From: an uncultured delta proteobacterium
GTDB taxonomy: Bacteria > Desulfobacterota > Binatia > UBA9968
Reading direction: 5' to 3'
DNA length: 64,000 nt
NCBI GenBank assembly: GCA_963727625.1
Contig: CAVSHR010000004.1
Coordinates: 800,001-864,000, forward strand
Part shown: piece after piece, positions 61,101 to 64,000 of the stretch
How positions within the stretch are numbered: position 1 is the stretch's first letter
Layout: each line of letters opens with the position of its first letter
Notes under the pieces: model-generated
The model's database searches: none
Told to the model about the DNA's origin: nothing
What the model saw: only the letters and a program-made list of their open reading frames with translations
Position numbers and translations under genes: made by a program

Positions 61101-62476
61101 ACCAAGCCAGCGACTTCACCATCACCGCCAATGGCTGTCAGGGTATTACTCTAGCCGCAGGCAGACGCTGCCGGCTGATCGTAAGTTTTGCGCCGAGCGA
61201 GCCGGGCCGCCGCGAGGCGACCTTGATCATCGCCGACAACACCCCCACTGGCGAGCGCAGAATTCCGTTGACGGGTTTCGGCCGTACTCCAGCGGTGGCG
61301 CGCCTACAGTTCGATCCCGAATTCCTCGACTTCGGAGAACGCGCTCCGAATGCTCCGCCGTTGTTGCGCGGCGTTCTCGTTCGAAATAGTGGCAGGGTCG
61401 ATGTGCGCATGGGCCGCGCGGCAATTTTTGAAGCTAATGCGCGCAATTTTTCGATCAATTCCAATAGTTGCCAGGCTACATTGAGGCGTGAAGCGAGCTG
61501 CCGGATCACCGTAGCTTACCGAGCGCTGGCGGCAGGGGCGCACGACGCCGTGCTACGCATCGAATTTGACCGCGCCCGACGCGACATTGGACTGCGCGGC
61601 CATGCGTCAGCCAAGCCAATTCCGATCGCAGGTTTCGCCCCAAGGCGGCTCGACTTCGGCGAGCAAATTTTGCGCGGCCGGGGCGGGAGCCGGGATGTTA
61701 CCGTGCAAAACCGGGGAACCGGCGAGTTAGTCATCACCCGCGTGGAAATCAGCGGAAGCAACAGCTTCGCCGTGGCAAATCGCTGCACCACGCCGATCCG
61801 CGAGCGCGCCAGTTGCATGCTGCGCGTCAGCTTTTCACCGAGCACCCGCGGCCGCCAAAGCGCGGTTCTGCTCGTCGGCCACAACGCCGCCAACAGCCCT
61901 CAACGGATCCCTCTAAGCGGCGTCGGCGCTCTGCCTGCGACGCCGAACATCGACGTCAATCGCGAGCGCCTTCAATTTGGTGATCAGACGGCCGGCACCA
62001 CCAGCGCAGCACAAACGGTGACGATCACGAGCACGGGAGCGGCGCCTCTGGCGATCCGTGCGGTCTCCATTGAAGGCCGTCAAGCTGCTAATTTTACGAT
62101 GAGGGACGACTGTGCCAATCGGGTGCTTTCTCCTCGTGAGCGGTGTCAGATTTCCCTGCGCTTCGCGCCGAAGGCACAGGTGGCGGCCCGAGCTGCGTCA
62201 ACAAAGCAGCGCACCGCTGCTTTGGTCATCAACCATAATGCTGCGCGGAGTCCACGTAGAATCACCGCCAACGGCACGGCGGTGATAAAACCTACGAAAC
62301 CGGTAATTCCACGGGGTCTCAAGGTCGATCCCGATATCCGGGTTTTCGGGAGCGGCTGGTGCTGCACTAATGGTAGTGTTCAAAAATCAACACGCGCGCA
62401 GTGTGCCGAAAAGAAGGGAAGTTTCTTTGCGGACCAGCAAAGCGCTCAGAGCCGCTGCATTCCGGTCATTCGATAA
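58181..62476 (+). CDS. DUF4062 + STAND/NB-ARC-like NTPase + TPR + TM + six Ig-like (ASPM-SPD-2-Hydin/choice-of-anchor D) domains
   Basis: IFVSSTWVDLQPER...TEAEY; GETGVGKT, LVLLDDV, DGIP; AWALHQLG; TM LGIVALATGLAAQIFW; six repeats of F(G)-x-N-x-G...C...C; Cys-rich tail. Confidence 0.85.
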   Translation: MPVPIAAIFVSSTWVDLQPERAAVEKALHRFHEAKFVGMEYLGSRDETTRRASLDEVDRSQLYVGIFAARYGSGITEAEYRRARERQLDCLIYFKAEDAIAPEMRDADAASAQRLAGLKEELRHHTVTTFSTADDLAVEVTADVHRWLFDKFLKERLQQESVGEIFSSKTGEINASGAEAFRLQVGSSLGSVLYAAATPAPRRRTTPLLPNVRRFRGLIDRTIEVETTLAALPTAIPIEIHGETGVGKTVLLRTIAYHPNLTGNPDGVVYLDRVGGEPAEDLQQCLYESFYESAPRIKPREGELRQLLREPRALVLLDDVTQPQPELESLFNLLPNCLFCIASEERRLHGEVKAIALTGLSAADALTLTERELGSTLSEKDRAAARQLCGQVDGIPSRVILAIASAKQQSIPLADFGTADESTRSSEQSLRHNIESRNTTERRVLAMLGVLGAFVSKDALAACLPSGSLEAPLEALVDGKLIQIEGSTISLFHGVANAMQTVTDADGTWLEALPRLASWSEQHRANAEALLLNSEVLQRATDWAANHAQWPEVLRLVHALEPTLSASGRWMTWEKLLDLAARASEALGDSASRAWALHQLGSRAICQGERESANNFLQQALALRVELGDHWGAALTRHNLDLLRPPVLPGGSSAPQPSAKHDGEIPTARSKLARIPRVLKLTGLGIVALATGLAAQIFWRHAAIPFRLEFSPPSLEFVSAALNQPSPEQTLSVTNPGNASLTIRNASLSGPSSGAFTLIENRCEAKLLSPGSACSVRLRFTPGSTEPSTARLIFNESGGDQTATIDLRGGIESAPEPTAAPVLSVRPESVEFGGREVGNRGRIEITVINSGNAPLLLGKSSIAGSAAEDFAVARNACANRPIAPQAECAIDLTFTPRAEGVRDAALVLTANDGARQQITLRGAGISRPVGAIRAEPAEVGFGEVDLRRRAEGQINLVHGGAAAVEIGRIAIRGNQASDFTITANGCQGITLAAGRRCRLIVSFAPSEPGRREATLIIADNTPTGERRIPLTGFGRTPAVARLQFDPEFLDFGERAPNAPPLLRGVLVRNSGRVDVRMGRAAIFEANARNFSINSNSCQATLRREASCRITVAYRALAAGAHDAVLRIEFDRARRDIGLRGHASAKPIPIAGFAPRRLDFGEQILRGRGGSRDVTVQNRGTGELVITRVEISGSNSFAVANRCTTPIRERASCMLRVSFSPSTRGRQSAVLLVGHNAANSPQRIPLSGVGALPATPNIDVNRERLQFGDQTAGTTSAAQTVTITSTGAAPLAIRAVSIEGRQAANFTMRDDCANRVLSPRERCQISLRFAPKAQVAARAASTKQRTAALVINHNAARSPRRITANGTAVIKPTKPVIPRGLKVDPDIRVFGSGWCCTNGSVQKSTRAQCAEKKGSFFADQQSAQSRCIPVIR

Positions 62477-62610
62477 TCGCCGATCATGATGATTTGCGCT
62501 TTAACTTTCATGGATCGTGCGAGTGGTGCCGCGCGCATCCCACGCGCAAGATTTTCTTGCATTCGCGCGCGCGCTATTCTATGTTTGCAATAGTTTAGCG
62601 CGGATCAACT

Positions 62611-63804
62611 ATGAGTCTTCGCAACCAAACCACCATCGTCGCCGTCGGTGAGACCCCAACGGATCGTTTAGGATCGAAACCGGGTGAGCCGCGCAAGTCC
62701 AGCGCCGAATATATTTCCTGGGCCATGCGCCTTGCCTTGGAAGAATCCGGTCTCAGCTTGAAAGACTTGCAGGGCCAGGGTCTCGGTGTCACCATTCCCA
62801 CCGCTTACCCGCAACCCTTCTGGCCGGAGGAAGTCGCGGAAATTCTCGGCATCACGCCGGGATTCTTGCAGGGCGGCGCCACCGGCGGCGCCGGTGCCGT
62901 TTCACTGCTCGGCGGCATGGCTGCGGCGATCAATTCAGGGATAATCGACATCGCCCTGGTATGCGGTTCCGCCGCGCCATTCTCCGAACACTGGGGCGGC
63001 GGCATTCAACCCGGCGACATGCGCGATTGGGAAATTCCCTACGGCACCATGGGACCGAACAGCAAAATCGCCATGGTCATGCGACGCTATATGCACCAAT
63101 ACGGGGCGACGCTGGATCATTTCGGCAAGATCGCCGTTGCCGGCCGCTATCACGCGAGCTTGAACCCGCTCGCTTATCTGCGCAAACCGATCACCCTCCA
63201 AGACTACAAAGAATCTCGCCTGGTCGCCGATCCGGTGCGCTTGCTCGACTGCGTCATGCCGGCCAATGGTGGAAGAGCCTACATTCTCGCTTCTCCGGAG
63301 CGAGCGAAAACACTACGCAAGAAACCGATTTACCTAAAAGGATTTGGCGAACGGAGTAATCCATCCTACGGCCCGCGCGCCGGCTCCGATGCGCTTGTCA
63401 TGGGGGTCAAAGACGCCGGCAAAGTCGCTATGGAGATGGCCGGCGTCAAGCATGGCGACATTAATTTCCTTGAACTCTACGACGATTACATCATCGTGGT
63501 TTATTTGCAGATCGAAGACCTCGGTTTCTGCGCCAAGGGAGATGTCAGTTTTTACGAGCGGACGGATTTTACCTTCAATGGGAAGCTGCCGATCCAAACC
63601 GGCGGCGGCATGATCAACTGCGGCCAACCATCGACTGCCGGCGGTACGCTGCATATCATCGAAGCCGTGCGCCAATTGCGTGGTGAAGGCGGCGACAGAC
63701 AAGTACCGAACGCAAAGGCCGGGCTTGTCACCGGCTTGGGCGTGCTTCCCTACGGCAAAAACCTTGGCTGCTGCGCGGTGGCCATCCTCGGAAACGAAAT
63801 GTAA
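62611..63804 (+). CDS. Thiolase-fold protein (SCP-x/Ltp2-like)
   Basis: VGET, NPLA, LLDC, ELYDDY, EDLGFC, TGGG, EAVRQLRGE. Confidence 0.9.
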   Translation: MSLRNQTTIVAVGETPTDRLGSKPGEPRKSSAEYISWAMRLALEESGLSLKDLQGQGLGVTIPTAYPQPFWPEEVAEILGITPGFLQGGATGGAGAVSLLGGMAAAINSGIIDIALVCGSAAPFSEHWGGGIQPGDMRDWEIPYGTMGPNSKIAMVMRRYMHQYGATLDHFGKIAVAGRYHASLNPLAYLRKPITLQDYKESRLVADPVRLLDCVMPANGGRAYILASPERAKTLRKKPIYLKGFGERSNPSYGPRAGSDALVMGVKDAGKVAMEMAGVKHGDINFLELYDDYIIVVYLQIEDLGFCAKGDVSFYERTDFTFNGKLPIQTGGGMINCGQPSTAGGTLHIIEAVRQLRGEGGDRQVPNAKAGLVTGLGVLPYGKNLGCCAVAILGNEM

Positions 63805-63810
63805 GAATTT

Positions 63811-64000
63811 ATGGCCGAAGTAGACGTTAGAAAACCGGTGCCCGCGATCACCCCCGAAGCCAAACCTTTTTGGGACGCCGCAGCGCAGAGCCGTCTGGTG
63901 ATGCAACACTGCAAAGATTGCGGCGCTTGGGTGTGGACACCTCGACCGTTGTGCAACGAGTGCGGCAGCGAGCACATCGAGTGGACGCCGATGAGCGGCA
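63811..64000 (+). CDS. DUF35 Zn-ribbon/OB-fold protein (partial, runs off the window)
   Basis: Hand translation MAEVDVRKPVP...PFWDAA...CKDCG...PRPLCNECGS. Confidence 0.88.
   Translation, partial: MAEVDVRKPVPAITPEAKPFWDAAAQSRLVMQHCKDCGAWVWTPRPLCNECGSEHIEWTPMSG

Noticed and set aside
1-64000. CRISPR array or rRNA
   Set aside because: No regularly spaced repeat-spacer units or rRNA signatures seen; the short repeats are irregular and dispersed

Overview
GC-rich bacterial chromosome segment, mostly catabolic and transport genes. The many permease-less NitT/TauT-type binding proteins, amidohydrolases, lone molybdopterin hydroxylase large subunits and a Tct transporter resemble Ca. Binatota/Deltaproteobacteria-like genomes (inference). 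Three accessory features stand out. (1) About 6.4-15.0 kb: an island between two copies of a glyoxalase fragment, holding an IS701 remnant, a 95-aa Cys-motif orphan protein, a FecR-TPR-beta-barrel receptor and a CHASE2 adenylate/guanylate cyclase. (2) About 49.9-52.55 kb: integron gene cassettes (BrnT/BrnA, and a HEPN-motif protein broken by a decayed IS200/IS605 element) inserted at the stop codon of an FAD oxidoreductase gene and again at a diverged copy of its 3' end, with no integrase in the window. (3) 58.2-62.5 kb: a single-chain DUF4062 (TIR-like)-STAND NTPase-TPR-TM-6xIg protein that looks like a transmembrane NLR-type receptor. Also present: hicB with a dead hicA, an acyltransferase/ACP/AMP-ligase trio and several intergenic repeat families. 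No rRNA, tRNA or CRISPR array was recognised. All assignments come from motif reading, not database searches.
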